A stretch of 64,000 nt of DNA from Epiperipatus broadwayi (GCA_028023455.1 JAQFVV010000007.1:10044001-10108000), one strand, 5' to 3'. Shown: positions 1 to 14,392, numbered from the stretch's first letter. Notes: a model not told the origin generated them from the sequence alone. Translations and numbers: made by a program.

Positions 1-143
1 CTGTAACTTATCCAGACATATTAAACATCTTAATATTTTATATGGTGAATAGCTAAACTGTGTCACTATGTAACATGTGTATGGATTTAGATATGGCACT
101 GCCACATCTTGGGAAAGAATCAGCCATCTTTTCACTTGGATAC

Positions 144-741
144 ATTGTGTATATATATATTTAATATTATTTAAGCAGAGATCATATGTAATTAAAGAAA
201 AAGTATTTCCACCTTTAATATATGTGCTGTACTGATAATATAATGACTCAATGATATTATGTTAAGTACTAAGAATACTCTCAATGCAAACACAAGATAC
301 AGACTTTTTTAAAGATAAGAGTAATTGCCCTATCCCTAAAACTACATTCTAATTAAATAGGCAAATCCAAAGTATCTCAGTTTGAGAGTGTAAAAATAGT
401 TCTTTATTGAATATTACATAGTTTCCAGTAATTTGTAATAATAACATGGAATAAATTGAAAAAAAATTGTGAATGTTAATATATGAAAGAAAATAATGGA
501 TGAAAAGTGAATAAAGAAATATCTTCACACTCTCAAAATGAGGTGCTTTAGATTTTCCTAGTTAATTAAAATGTAGGTTTAGGAATAAGATGGCTGCTTT
601 TATCTTTAAAAAAGTCTATCTTGTGTTTGAGTTTGCAAGCATTCTAAGTACTCAACATGACATTGTTGAGCGACTATAAGATCAGTACAGTGCATATATT
701 AAAGGTGGAATCCTTTCTCATTAATTGTGTGTATATATATT
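144..741. mobile_element. Foldback (inverted-dimer) repeat, family D, with candidate 18-bp TSD
   Basis: Arms ~190-410 and ~515-725 are reverse complements (e.g. ttccacctttaatatatg / catatattaaaggtggaa; caagatacagacttttttaaagataa / ttatctttaaaaaagtctatcttg). Flanked by attgtgtatatatatatt (144-161) and attgtgtgtatatatatt (724-741), which are low-complexity. A solo copy of the arm lies at ~37510-37660. Confidence 0.7.
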
Positions 742-1539
742 GTAATGGAACAGGTCCTAGCCTTGCATAACATTAGGCTTGATAGGCCATCAGAGTGAAT
801 GAGAAAGTGTATCTAGGATTCCAGATTTCTAAATTTCTAGACTCATATCAACCTCAATCTCATTCCTAGGAGATGATGTATTGGCATACGAACATACACC
901 AACTATATTCTTTTATATTCATCTCTTTTCTCCATTCCATTTATCCAGAATTCGAGCTTAGGGAGAAGACACTTAATATTCTACTTCAGGGAATATTCAT
1001 ATTACTGTCTTTATTGTGTGAGCATGTGATAAATTGATAAATGAAGAAAGAAAAACGCAAACAGCCATCTTTAATTTGTAATTATATGTTTAGCAGATTT
1101 ATTCACAATTATTACAATTTATTGAATGAGATATTGAGATATTATAACAAAAGCAATTAATTTGTTTAGATATCTATAACTATTCTTTGATTAATATGAT
1201 TAATATTTATTATTCTAATTTCTGTTTTTCTCTTAAAGAATAATTGTTTGGTATCAATATTAAAAAGAAAATTTAAAACTTGTTATTATTTATAGGCATA
1301 TATTTGCTTGCTAATTTAGACTTTATTAAATTTATAACTATTTGTCTCCAATATATTTACAGATTGATTCATATTAGATAACGTGATGGTGGTCTGGGAT
1401 CCCCCTTTCTATTATGATTTGTTTCTATAATTATAGGAAAGACCATTCATTCAGCTAGAAGTTTTTAATTCTATATCACGAAAGACAAGTAAATGATAAA
1501 ATGATTAGTATCAATACTCAAATAAGAGGAAAATATAAA

Positions 1540-2450
1540 ATCTTACCTAGAATCCTGGTCATGGACAAATTCATCTACAAGCAAGTTCATGACTGATCCT
1601 ACATTTTATTTCAATTCAAAATTAAACTAATAATATTTTCCCTCTTTGTAATATATCAAAAATTTATACTCCCATCAACCTATGGTAAAGAAAAAAATAA
1701 AAAACATAAGTGCATAAAATTAATCACATAATGTCAACCTAAGATAAATCAAGAGTCCATAAAAGAAAATGTCCTACAAGCATTATGTATATCCTTATTT
1801 CTTCAGTTCATGATCCAATTGGTTGGGTTCAAATGTTTTGGAATGTGCATGATGGTGATCTAAATTTCTCTCTTCTGCATAGCATGCCTTGAGTTGTTAA
1901 GTTTACATTTTCACATCCAAGTAGTAAAGTTGGTAGTAACTTCAGCATAGATGAGTAGATGCTGTTTTGAGTCAAATTAAGTTTTGACAGTTACAAATCC
2001 ATGGATAACAAATCTCTTCCCATGAGGTAACTTTACACTTAGCAGCGCATGGTTATATATGTCTCTGTGTATGTAGTTGATCAGAGTTCTTGAGTTGGTT
2101 GAATAGCTAGTTATTGGCTATTGGGAATCTCAAGTTAGAATTGGTATAACTCTCTGGCTAAATATTAATAATATTCTTGAAATATAGAATAAATTTAAAG
2201 CTATTTATGGATTTTATAATTTAAATTCTCTTATTTTGTTGAATTTAAATCCTTCCACATTTATTTTAGCTCTTATTAGTCTTCAATGAAATATTCTCAT
2301 TTAAGGCTTTATACTGATGGCTGCAGATATTTCTCTTTGAATGACAAATTTGATTTGCCACTTACAAAGTATATGTGTTGGTTAGTCAACAAGAGTTTTT
2401 GATTTGATTTTTGAGAAGAAAATCGTTTGTATATACATACTGGGAATCAT
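1540..2450 (-). mobile_element. Highly degenerate RTE/BovB-like LINE 3' remnant
   Basis: Minus-strand translation with stops gives KLLPTLLLGCENVNLTT (cf. VLPTLLYGCETWTL) and HELACR*ICP (cf. WE.LA.DR..W). Boundaries approximate. Confidence 0.4.
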
Positions 2451-3612
2451 CATAACATGGTTCTTCTTTTTGGTGTTAATTTGATTCTTTTAAATAGCAA
2501 GTTCAAGTTCATGCTTGATTAATTACATCATGTGTTACAATTTATATATATATGTTAGATTAATAATAAAATTTTTTTATTTATTTATTTCCTTTATGTT
2601 TTTATCATGTTATTGCTTACATCTAAAGTTGAGCATTCCCCCCCCCCCCTATATTGTTGTAATATGCGTATATTAAATAATAGGTCACGAAAGGTTTTAT
2701 AATAAAAGTAATTATAAATTTTTAAGTTTTACACATTTAGTTTGGATTACAGTCCCTTTATACATATATCTTATGTTACATTATATTTAGAGAGTGTTAT
2801 CTTGGGTGTTGGTGTTGAAGTAGATAAGAATGTTTAATGGTTCTTTGTGGTATGTAATATTATTTCTTACAATGTATGTTGAATTATATATTTCCACGAA
2901 TTGTTATTGCAATAAAGAATAGAATTGAAAAGATAATATCCATGTAAATAGAGATAATCTTTAACTTTTGATATTGCCAGAAAATTATCAATTACTACTA
3001 ATTGGCATTATATATATATGTATCTTTAAAAAATATCTGGTGCTATCTTAGAGTTCTATATATCTTTATATGATTTGATTTTTTAATAAACATTTATTAA
3101 AATTCATCTTATAATTTTTTTATTATTTTAAAAAACTTAAATCATGTTGGTTTATAAATATAAAACAATATAAAATATCTGAATAATCAAACATTGAAAT
3201 ACCTCATAGAAAATAATAAAGAAATATAAATATGAAGTTTTATTATTTATAGTCTCTAAAGAAGTGAAGAGGAGGGGTATGAAGTGATATATCAGTTGCC
3301 TTTTGACAAGGATGCTTAGTGTCAAAAATGCATTAACATTTAAAGTTTTGCATATTTTTTGAAGTGTGAAGCAGTATTTTAATTACCTTAATTTATTACA
3401 TTTTAGTGTGGAATGTTTGATGTTTAGTGATGATCTCAGTAAATAGTCTTAAGCCATTGTGTACTTATTACCTGATATCAAATGATTGGCTATGAAAACA
3501 AAATGAAAATTATTACTAAAGATACAAGTACTGATGTTGCTGTATGATGATGATGATCTTATTTCTATTGCCCAATTTCTCAGCATTATGTTATTTTATT
3601 GATTTTCTTCAG

Positions 3613-3647
3613 ATTAATCTGCAGCAACATATTAATTCTGGAGATGG
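3613..3647 (+). CDS. Candidate small exon of the zinc-finger gene
   Basis: ttttcttcag acceptor and GG|gtaaaa donor. One open frame (LICSNILILEM) ends in phase 1, compatible with the 4843 micro-exon. No homology recognised. Confidence 0.2.
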
Positions 3648-3985
3648 GTAAAAATATAAATATTTTATCTTATTGTAGTGAATATTAAGTAATGAGATAT
3701 ATATGATATAGAGCCTTCACAGATATAATAAGACTATTCAAATAGTAAATATTCACTTTTGTAAAATTAGTGAGAGTTAAATAATGACATAGGCAATTGT
3801 AATATAGAGACTTCAGATATACAGTAAAATCCTACAGCTAATAAATATTTTCTCTTATAGAATTAGTGGATGTTAATGCAGCCATATACATTTACTCAAG
3901 ACTAGCCATCCTGGAGAATATTGACATATTGAGCAACGCCAATTTGATAGGGTTAATTCAGGAACTCTGCAAACCAATGAAGAAT

Positions 3986-4567
3986 AAGTGTACATAGTTT
4001 GTATTTACATATTCGATTATTATCTTCATCTAATATAAGTATTGAATGTCTTTAGAAAAAAAATAACTTTATTTAAATATTCCAAATACATTCAACTGTT
4101 AGTAATAGCACACAGGTTAGTATATGCACAATGTTTGAAGAGGTATCATTCTCCCATCTTTTTCAGATGTTGCTGGCCTGACCAGTGACAGTAATAGCAC
4201 GGGAATCAAACCTGAACCCTAAGATTCTTGAATATTGAATTCTAAGATAATGCTCTGCTCAATTTGTTAGAGTGTTATCTTAAAATTCAACATTCAAGAT
4301 TCTAAGGGTCCAGCTTCAATTCCCATGGTATTACTGTCTCTGGTCAGGCCAACACCATCTGAAGAAGAGGGAAGAATAATACCTCTTGAAATGTTGTGCA
4401 TATACTAACCTGTGTGCTATTATTAACAATTGAATGTATTTGAAATATTTAAATAAAGTTAAATTTTTTTAAAGACATTCAATACTTATAGTAGATGATG
4501 GAAATAGTTCAATATATAAAAATACTAAAATACCACAAACCTTCAGGAAAACATAAAGTGTACATAG
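3986..4567. mobile_element. Foldback tRNA-head/hammerhead SINE-like element (family B, Penelope 3'-end related) with 12-bp TSD
   Basis: Arms ~4010-4255 and ~4270-4517 are reverse complements. The centre holds A-box-like gctcaatttgttagag and each arm has a B-box-like ggtttgattccc/gcttcaattccc. The right arm has an extra ~38-nt tail. Direct repeat aagtgtacatag at 3986-3997 and 4556-4567. Arms match the 3' end of the PLE at 23040-23374. Confidence 0.85.
4356..4398 (+). ncRNA. Minimal type-I hammerhead ribozyme motif (PLE variant with extra nt after A9)
   Basis: cat CTGAAGA a gag [ggaagaataatac] ctct t GAAA tg TT gtg: core and GAAA intact, stem II gag/ctc region, NUH = GUU. Stem I is short (cat/gtg with a G-U pair). 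Confidence 0.6.
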
Positions 4568-4842
4568 GTTTTTTATAAGTTTTGGGATTGATCAAGAAAA
4601 TAATGGATTGATACAATTTAATTTTTGGACGTAATAGTTACTGTCACAAGACATTTAGTTCAAAATAATAATGCTAAGTTTTTGGAGTCACATGAATAAA
4701 TTAAATAACCTTAATTTATTCTTTATGAGGGATGATACTCCACATACAATGGTAAATGCATTTCTTATATCATAACAATATAGCAAATATTATATTGGTA
4801 ATTTGCATTAGTAGATGTTATGTCTGATGTCATTATTTTCAG

Positions 4843-4857
4843 ATGTAACATTCAAGG
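4843..4857 (+). CDS. Candidate 15-nt micro-exon
   Basis: cattattttcag|ATGTAACATTCAAGG|gtaagt: consensus acceptor and a perfect donor. The phase-1 reading (D)VTFK chains in frame to 5915 and 14226. Confidence 0.35.
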
Positions 4858-5914
4858 GTAAGTAGCTAAGGACAAGGATGATCAAAGCATGATTAAAGTG
4901 AGTAAGGGTAGTGCACTAGATAAGCAAACGAAGAGACAAGTTGGTTGCATTTAAATTAATAACTTCATGAGCTTGATACTGAATTGTGATAAATATATAA
5001 TATTCAAAATTAATGATCTAAAAAGACACTTATCATGGCAGTAAAAAATAATCAAATGATATATTGCTTTGGAGTTCATAAGATGTTTGACTACTAGAAA
5101 TTAGAGTCTGCCACATTATCTTTGTACTAAAATATGCAATGCCATGGACAGTTATTAAAAAAAAATCCATTATTTAAAAACTTTATGTGAATTTGAAATT
5201 TTCTGGCATTAATTGATTTAAGTCGTAATTCAATTAGTAGATCAAAATCAGTTCTGGATAGGTGCTTAGTTTATGGAAACAATAATTTCATTATATTGAA
5301 AATAAAGAAAAAAACACTTTATTGTTGATGAGCATGAAGTTGGGATTTATATTGCTAGTAGATTGATAGTGAAATGTGTCCATTCCTATAGTGCAGATAA
5401 AGACAATGGCAAAGAATCAAATGACTTAAGAATTCATAAGAGATTCAAATATAGGAAATTCCAAATCTGGAAATGATCCAAGAACCTACACTCCAGGATC
5501 TAACATTCTATCACAGAAATAAACAGTGTAGGTCAACATAATCATAAATATGTTGTTACTAAAATTACAATAGTATTTAGGTTTACTTGGTAGTAGTGTA
5601 TTGGGATCAAACAGTAATAAGGAATTAACTGGTAATTTATTGCAAAGTTATTCTTAGGAAGTTATTAAGCCAGTTATATAGAGAGAACTAAAATATAATC
5701 CTCACAATATATTCCATAAATCTCTACAATTTTGAAAAAAGAAGATTTAGATTCCTACGGCTATTGTGGAGTGTAATAACATTTTTTATGAATTCAACGT
5801 GTTGATTATTTATTGCAGCTTTTATTTGCAAATTGTCTGAATTTATTAAAAGAGTCTATAATGAACATATTGATGTGATGTTGATGTGGCACACTGTGGC
5901 TGCTCCTTTTTCAG

Positions 5915-5952
5915 AGTCAGGAATCTCCCAGCCACTATGCCCAGAGAAACCT
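5915..5952 (+). CDS. Candidate 38-nt exon
   Basis: ctcctttttcag|AGTCAGG...AAACCT|gttagt. The phase 1 to 0 reading (E)SGISQPLCPEKP joins in frame to the zinc-finger exon at 14226. Confidence 0.35.
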
Positions 5953-7756
5953 GTTAGTCACTTTACCTTCCCTTTCCATTCTCTACCCTAAGTTTTTCTT
6001 TTATTCTTCTCTAACCTGCTACATCCCACTTCCACAACATAATCTTTGCCAACTCTATGGCTTTCTGCACCCTAGAGAGCAAATGTTGCTTTGGTTAATT
6101 AGAATTGCAGTTTTTTAGTTAGAAAGAGAATTCTCTGTTAGTATAATATTATGAATTTATGAGATCTCAAGATTGCATACACAGTTATCTTAGTGGTAAA
6201 AATGAGTGGTTGAAAAGCTAGATGTTTCTGAATGAATTCCTAAATAAGGAAAGGAAAAATATTTTCATGTAGTCATTTGCTTGACACTCTGCAACACTTT
6301 GCTTCTTGATATCTTATGATTAATATGCAGTCTCAGCAAGCTTTCTACTGTGTCATCTCTGAATCAATGTATGAGTTAAATATCAATTATTCAGCACAAA
6401 AGTTTTAAGGCACAAACATGTCTGGGTCATGAATTACAACATGAAATGTGATAGTATATTTTATACCTTAATCCATAATAGAATATGATAAAATTTAATT
6501 TTGCTTTAAATTGAGCAAAACTCTTACCGATAGGTTTAAAATGAATCAGTGTACATATGGTAGTAAAACCATGAGGTATAAGGATGTTTTCCAGCTATTT
6601 ACAAAATTTTGTGATAGCAGGAAGAGCATAGTAAATGATCTATGAGTGTACAAGCACACTGGAACATTTCATGTTATAATTTATTATCAAGAGATGATAG
6701 CTTCTTAAGATGTTTGTGGCAATAGCTAAACTATGTTCCTATGTAGCATACATATGTTGATTTAGAGATAGTAAAGCAGGCATCTTGGATAGAGAACAGT
6801 CTTTTTTCACTATGACAAACTGTATATATTCTTGGGTGCTACATAAATATTGTCTTCTGTAAGTGAAATATGACAAATATTGCTTCAAGTTTTTCTAACC
6901 AAAAACAGGTCAAAGGCCATATTGGATAATATCATTAGGCAGACATGATTTTATCATTAGTATGCCTACATAAATCATTTGAAATAGTTTATAATATATC
7001 AATGTTATGTCTATTTTTTTCAAGTATAATGATTGGATTTCAAAAAGAGGAAAATGGTATGAATGTGATCTTATATCATTTTAAACTATTAAATTTCAAA
7101 AATGACCAATTAATTGAGAAAAAAATGAAATGTAGTAAAATTTACAATATTCTATATCCAATATGATACAATTTTCCCAACTGTTCTAGTTTTTTTGATT
7201 CTTAACATTAAAGTTACACTTAGATCTCCCTTTTGGAAATCAATTACCATTGTCTGGTGTTTTGGATAATATCTTGCAACCATGATGAACAGAATCATTC
7301 ACCTAATGATTTTTTTAAAAGTAATATATTCTTATATGTGATGCTTTTTTTACCAAAACCATTTGATCCACAACACAGCATGCACACAATCACTGTTACA
7401 CATGTACACACATATACATATAAATAAATATAACTTTATCTTTCGATGTTACCAGGAAAACTGTTACAAATTGACAATCCTGAGACTAAACAAGTTTCCT
7501 CCAAAAATCTATACAATTGCTCTTTTGTTTTGGATTTTAGTGAAATAAAAGAGTTTATTAAAACTCAAAACAAAAGAGTCGTTGTATAGATTATTAGAGA
7601 GAACTTGTTCAGCTTTAGGATTGTCAATTATTCAATGGTTTAATTGTCAACTAATAATTGGTTTTCTGGCAACAATACAAAGTAAAGTTATCTCTGTTTG
7701 CATGGCTATTATTTCTTTATTTTTATTCTCTATCAAATTAAAAATCTGTATGTTTG

Positions 7757-8432
<676 letters not shown>

Positions 8433-8523
8433 AAGATTACAACTTTTGAACTTTAGGCTATGGACAGAAGAAAAATTCTATTTCGATAAGATAGAGTAGT
8501 AATTAGTCATGATATACTTTGTT

Positions 8524-8755
8524 AATATTATTTCATTTTATAAGACTATGCAAGTTTTTATTTTTCTTGAGTGCTCAAAAAGTATATGATCTCCCAATGA
8601 GTTAACTTATGAATATAGACAGTGTATGATGTAATGTATTAATATTATTTCATTTTATAAGACTATGCAAGTTTTTATTTTTCTTGAGTGCTCAAAAAGT
8701 ATATGATCTCCCAATGAGTTAACTTATGAATAGAGACAGTGTATGATGTAATGTA
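8524..8755. repeat. 117-bp tandem duplication
   Basis: The unit aatattatttcattttataagactatg...gtgtatgatgtaatgta starts at 8524 and again at 8641, near-identical. Confidence 0.95.
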
Positions 8756-9759
8756 CTACAGAGTAATAAATATTAAAAATTTCTGGGTTTTGTTCTCAGC
8801 TGAATAAAGTAAAAAAAATAGTTTGGTAAATTGAATAGAACAGTTGTATTCAAGCTACTACTCGGATGCATGAAAGTCTCATGACTAACTGAGCAATTAA
8901 CCTTCAAAATATATGGCTGTGAAATATTGCACAGTGATAGAATATCAGTATGAAAGTAGAAAGCTCCTGGATTAATTATCATTTGAAGCTATTTGTTTAA
9001 ATATATGGGGTAGTATAGGATCTGCCACTTTGATATTTGAACATCCCATGATTTCCTAAGCAATAAATCATGTGATTACTTATTTATCATTAGTCAGTAA
9101 TTTATAGAATGTTCAATCATTAAAAGGAACAGCTATGCTGAGATCTATGAATCTTGATTCTCAGAATCCATCATTTTCTATTAGACAATATATTACATTA
9201 CATGGGGTATCATTATTGAATCATGATTTCCAGAAAAAAGATGGTCAAACTAGAAATAGTCAACCAGATGGTTTTACTTAAGGTTAGGATATCTTACTAA
9301 ACACCAAATATATTATTCTAGAAATTTACAAATATACCATTAAAATCTACTGTCAATGAACTAAAACTTGACCAAAATAGTTACTGTGACATTTAAGACA
9401 TTTCACATTGTATTTTAATTTATGCATGGTTTTCTCAAGTCATTTTTACTTAACAAAATTCACATGCAAGTTGTGATAAAATGCTCTAATAGTTTTTTGA
9501 GTGATTTTTAATTATTTATCTTTTTTGGAATAATTGTTGTTGCATTATCAACTTCTTCTACTCTTAAAACAATTCTAATATCTAAATAGCCATATTTTAG
9601 CATTCCCTCATATATACAGTTGCATATATTTTTTAAAGCATTTTATTTCAATAGATATTAGTGGAGAGCATTATGGCATGATCTGATATCATCTTGCTCA
9701 AGAAATAGAACTTACAAAAATATTCTACTTTCTAATGATTATAATAGAAACATCATATG

Positions 9760-10440
9760 TAAGTCTTTACATAGCATTGATGCTAAAGAGAAAAAAAGAA
9801 GATAGAATTGACAATTCATCTTATAATAGAATGGTTTTACCTTATATTAAAGGAGCTACTGATAAGATCAGTAGAAGACTATCTAGTTTTAATATAAAGA
9901 CAACTTTTTCTACTGGCAAGAAAATTAGTGATTTTTTTATACAAACCTAAAGACAAAGTATTTTTGGAACACCAGGGGGTTTATGAAATTCTATGTTTGC
10001 AGTGCTCAAGAAGCTATGTAGGCCAGTCTAATAGATGAATAAATGTCAGAATTAAGAAACATTTAAATGCTTTTAATCAGAAATTTAAGACATCAGTTTT
10101 TACTTCCCCATTTTTTAGAAATTGGTCACATACCTGATTTTGACAATGCAAAAATACTTGCTAATTTGGAAAGGTATGATTTAAGAACCATGAGAGAGTC
10201 AATTGAAATGTTAAAAAGACCTACTGTTTTAAATAGGGCTGATAAAGCACAATGTATTCCAGCTATGTGGAAACCTCTGATTTTATCTTTGTCTTTTAAT
10301 ATTAACTTAAAATTAATAGGTGAAAAAACTGAGGGAAATAAACATTTTGATAAGCCTCATATTGTGACTTCTGAACTACGTCAAGTTGAATCTCATTTTT
10401 TCATCTTACATTCGGTCACATTATTGTTTGAGATCTAACA
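9760..10440 (+). mobile_element. Penelope-like element 3' fragment (RT thumb + GIY-YIG endonuclease), pseudogenised
   Basis: VLPYIKGATDKISRRL, then after a frameshift GVYEILCLQCSRSYVGQSNR*INVRIKKH and HIPDFDNAKIL...RESIEM. A degenerate hammerhead-like tail (ttgacaatggtg...catcgaaa) follows at ~10460-10495. Confidence 0.85.
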
Positions 10441-10559
10441 ATTTTTCTTTCAAAAGTCAACCTTGACAATGGTGGATGCTAATTCATCGAAATATCAGTT
10501 TGTAATGCAAAACAACACATGGTTTATTCCCAAAAATAATAATTTATATATATCATTTT

Positions 10560-13400
10560 CAATTATTAACAATACACTGCAGGATGAAGATCTCTCCAAG
10601 TTCAATCCAACTTTTTCATTCTCTAGCCTCTCTTCTCTACATCACCTCAGCACACTTCCTTATTTCATCCATCTATATCACATGTGGTCTTTTCTAGGTC
10701 TTTTATAATGTCTTGGAATCCAGTTTAAGATTTCAACTGCCCATCTATTATCATCTCTTCTAGGAATATGTCCAGCCCAACTCCATTTCGGTTTTTAATT
10801 CTTTCAATGATGTCAGTAATATCTGTTTGTTAGCTCACCCATGTATTTTATTTTCAATCTCTCCTTGTTATTCCTAACATTCACTTCTCCATAGTTCATT
10901 GAATGGTCTGAAGTCTTGGTATTGCTCTTCCATTGGATATCCAAGTCTCAGATCCATAAGTAAGAATTGCTAAAACACATTTATTATAAACCTTCCTTTT
11001 CAAACACATAGGCACATTTTCTTTTAATATTAAGTTATTTCTACCAAAAGCACTCCAACCAAGTTGATTTGTATGATTAATTTCATCCATTATTTTTTCG
11101 TCTATAGTAATAATCTGATCAAGGTATTTGTAGTGGTTATGTTCTTCTAACTCAGCATAATCAATCTTTATTTTCTATCATTTGAGAAATTGCAGTGCAC
11201 TTTACTTTATTTACTTTTAATCCTACTTTCTTACTTTCACCTGATAACTCTTGCAACATTTCTTGAAGATCTGAAGCATTATTTGCAAAAACAACTACAT
11301 CATCTGTAAAGCCTAGATGACTTAAATATCTACATTTACTTTTACTCCCTTAGCTTCCCATTTTAATTAACAAAATACTTCTTGCAGCACTGCTGTAAAA
11401 ACTTTTGGAGATATGAAGTCACCCTGCCTTACACCCTTTTTAATATTAACCTTTCTAATATCATTATATAATCTAATTGTTTACTGCTACATTGTTATAA
11501 ATATTCTTGAGAATATGATAATATCATGGGTCTATACCTTGATAATCCAATGTCTTAATCACTGAAGAAATGCTTATAGAATCAAATGCCTAATGGCAAC
11601 TCATATTCAATGGTCTTTTCTATAATTTCTCTCAATATATGAATATGATCTACTGTACTAAAGCCACTTTTAAATCAAGTTTGTTCTATTGATTGGTTAA
11701 AATTCAAAGTGTGCTGTAGGCAAGTTGTAATTATTTTGGTAAAAATTTTGTATAAATCTGATAAAAGACTGATCTTCTTTATCCCCATTTTTAAATATTA
11801 ATATTAATACTGCATTCTTCTAATCATCTGTACATTTTTATCATTTAGACATTTGGTATATAACTTTGCTACAATTTTTGTATTTTTTCTCTTGCTTCTT
11901 TTAAGATATCAATTGTAATTCCATCATTACCTGGAGTTTTCCCCTTTCTCATAAATGTATAATTCTTGATGGAAATCTTCTACCCATTTCATGATGTCAT
12001 CTCTTTTTTTAGTATTAGTTCCATCATTTTTTTATTGCAGAAATGTTTCCTGCCAATACCAAGAGGTTGTTGTACACTCTTGAGTCTTTTATTCTCTTCC
12101 ATAGTTTATCTTGTTATTTCACAATTATAATTTTTTTTTATCATTATCAATTTTTTTTATACCACTTTACAAAATTCAAGGAATTCAATCCTTCTTAATG
12201 CATCATTTTTATTTTCTTCATAATCTTTGTTGTAGTTTTTCAAAGTGTATCAGTTATCTTCCTATTGAATTTGTTCAAATTTGAATTATGTTCGAACTCT
12301 TAATATTTGAAAATGATTTGCAAATTCTAATTTAAATTCATTGGAATGTTTCTGAAGATTAGGAATATAACTGTAAATATTGTTTTTCTTAATAATTTTT
12401 CTCTCTCTAGCTTTACATTAACATATATCTTATATATTACTAATTGATGATCACTTCTTGTGTTGAATTTGTTAATAACATTACAATCTTGAAATACATA
12501 TTTTCCATTACTCAAAATATAATCCAATTGTGCTGTACTTTCATTTGGATGCTTCCATGTTCATTTCCTTTTAACATTTTTCACAAAAAAGAATTCATAG
12601 TATAAAGTTTTTCAATCTGCAAATTCCCACATCTATGTTCTCTCTCATTTCTATCACCATATCCAAATTTACCTACATTACATTCATCTTTTAATCGTTT
12701 ACCAATTTGAGCATTAAAGTCTTCCATAACAATCTTAAAACGATGTTTTGTCTAATCAAAAGTTTTTTGTACAAGCATCCATATAAAAATCTTCTACTTC
12801 TTAATTATAATGGAAACTGTTGGGCATAAATCAGAAATTATCTGCATTTGATATCTGCTATTAATTGAATAATTAATCTTGCCACTTTGGCCAATACATA
12901 ATCAATCTCCACAATATTGTTCTTCCACTTTTTATTTATAATGAATCCTACTCCACTTGTAATTCAAATGTTTGTTCCTTTGTAATACAGTATATGTCTT
13001 CTTTTTCAATCAATTGTCTCTTCACCTTTTTATCTAACTTCCCAAAGTCCAACAATGTCCCATTTAATATGAGACAGTTCATTTTCCAATTCTTGCAATC
13101 CTCCTTCACTTGAAAATGATCTGCTGTTGGAAATTCCTAAATAAAGGTCTGCAGACAGGAATTTGTTATTAACTGAAAAGAGATCATTTGATTCCCCTTG
13201 GAGGTCTTAAAGGAAGTGAGCATGGCAAATTCCTAATGTCTACTCTATATGTTCATGTCACTGCAACTGTAATTTCTATGTGATTATTCATATAGTGTAT
13301 GAGCATGGATGGGCTGCTCTCCATCATGCATTAGCCAGCATGGTGAGTTTATTGGCCCTTTACCTCTGAGTTTAAGATCAAGAGACACCATGGTCATTCT
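10560..13400 (-). mobile_element. RTE-clade LINE, near full-length but degenerate (APE endonuclease + RT)
   Basis: Minus-strand motifs LQELENELSHIKWDIVG, DYILSNGK..RSDHQLV, GLSTVDHI, GVRQGD-like ggtgtaaggcagggtgac, CVLAILTYGSETW, and the C-terminal LGEIFILQ. Many stops and frameshifts. Confidence 0.92.
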
Positions 13401-13662
13401 TTTATGTTTCCTAATAGCTTTTAACTGAAGTATCAGTTGATTTTTTTGAAGGCAGAATGAATGTGTGTATGAATGGTTTTTTTGTCTTCTAATAAATATT
13501 TACAATCATGATATAGTCCTTATTCCCAGGAGGTGTAAAGTTACCAGTCAAGGTAATATTTGGCAGCCAAATGAGAAGTGTGCTAAGAATCTTCTGATTT
13601 TGAACCTAGGCTGCTATTTGAGCATGATGATGATGATGATATATATATATAGTTTTAGATAA

Positions 13663-14194
13663 ATTAAAATATAATACTTTATGTTTGCATGAAAACTTGT
13701 GATGATAGTATTTTATTAATAATTATATGTTGGACTATTTCCATCATTTAATATCAATTGTTAAATGATTTTAGAACAATTCAAATGTCATTTAATTAAA
13801 CTTTACAAATATATTCAACTATTAGTAACAGCACATAGTTTACTTATATAACACAATGTTTCGAGTAATATTAATCTCTTTTTTTTTTTAGGTGTTACTA
13901 GCTTAACCAGTGACATACTAGCATGGAAATCAAACATGGACATTTTTAAAAAAGTTAAATTAAAGATAATGCTCTTACCACACGAATTTAGAGATTTTGG
14001 TTTGATTCCCATGCTGATACTATCATTGGTCAGGACAAAAACACCCAAAGAAGAAAGGAGAATCATCCCTGTCAAAATGTTATGTTGTATATTAACATAT
14101 ATACTATTACAATTTAAATTTTTCTAAAGACATTTAACAATTAATATTAGATAATGAAAATAAAGCAACATATAACTATTATTAAAATACAATA
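13663..14194. mobile_element. Second family-B foldback with candidate 14-bp TSD
   Basis: Left arm (minus strand, full 3' tail from ~13678) and right arm to ~14175 are reverse complements and homologous to 3986-4567. It retains ctcgaaacattgtg on the minus strand. Direct repeat attaaaata(t/c)aata at 13663-13676 and 14181-14194. Confidence 0.75.
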
Positions 14195-14225
14195 ACGTTA
14201 TTTTATCTTTTTTTTTACATTTTAG

Positions 14226-14392
14226 AAAATTAAAACTCATGAAATAAATCCAGAAGATCTCTATTGTAAACTGTGTGATGTCTCTTTCAACTCTTCTGTT
14301 CAGTCCAAACAGCATTACAATGGAAAAAATCATCATCGTAAACTCCGGGGAGAGCCAGCATTCAAAAAGGCATTTCCTCATTCTAATGGAAA
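14226..14392 (+). CDS. Exon encoding a matrin/U1-type C2H2 zinc finger (ZNF385/ZMAT/ZNF346-like nucleic-acid-binding protein)
   Basis: Poly-T tract + tttag acceptor and aa|gtaag donor. Translation KIKTHEINPEDLYCKLCDVSFNSSVQSKQHYNGKNHHRKLRGEPAFKKAFPHSNG matches the zf-met pattern YC-x2-C-x4-NS-x6-H-x2-GK-x-H. A possible stop exon follows at 14797 (ctttag|G TGA). Confidence 0.88.

Noticed and set aside
1547-1598. Minus-strand exon-like segment (tgtag|...|gtaag; SVMNLLVDEFVHDQDS)
   Set aside because: Lies within a BovB/RTE-like remnant and another frame fits the LINE C-terminus; no partner exons found.
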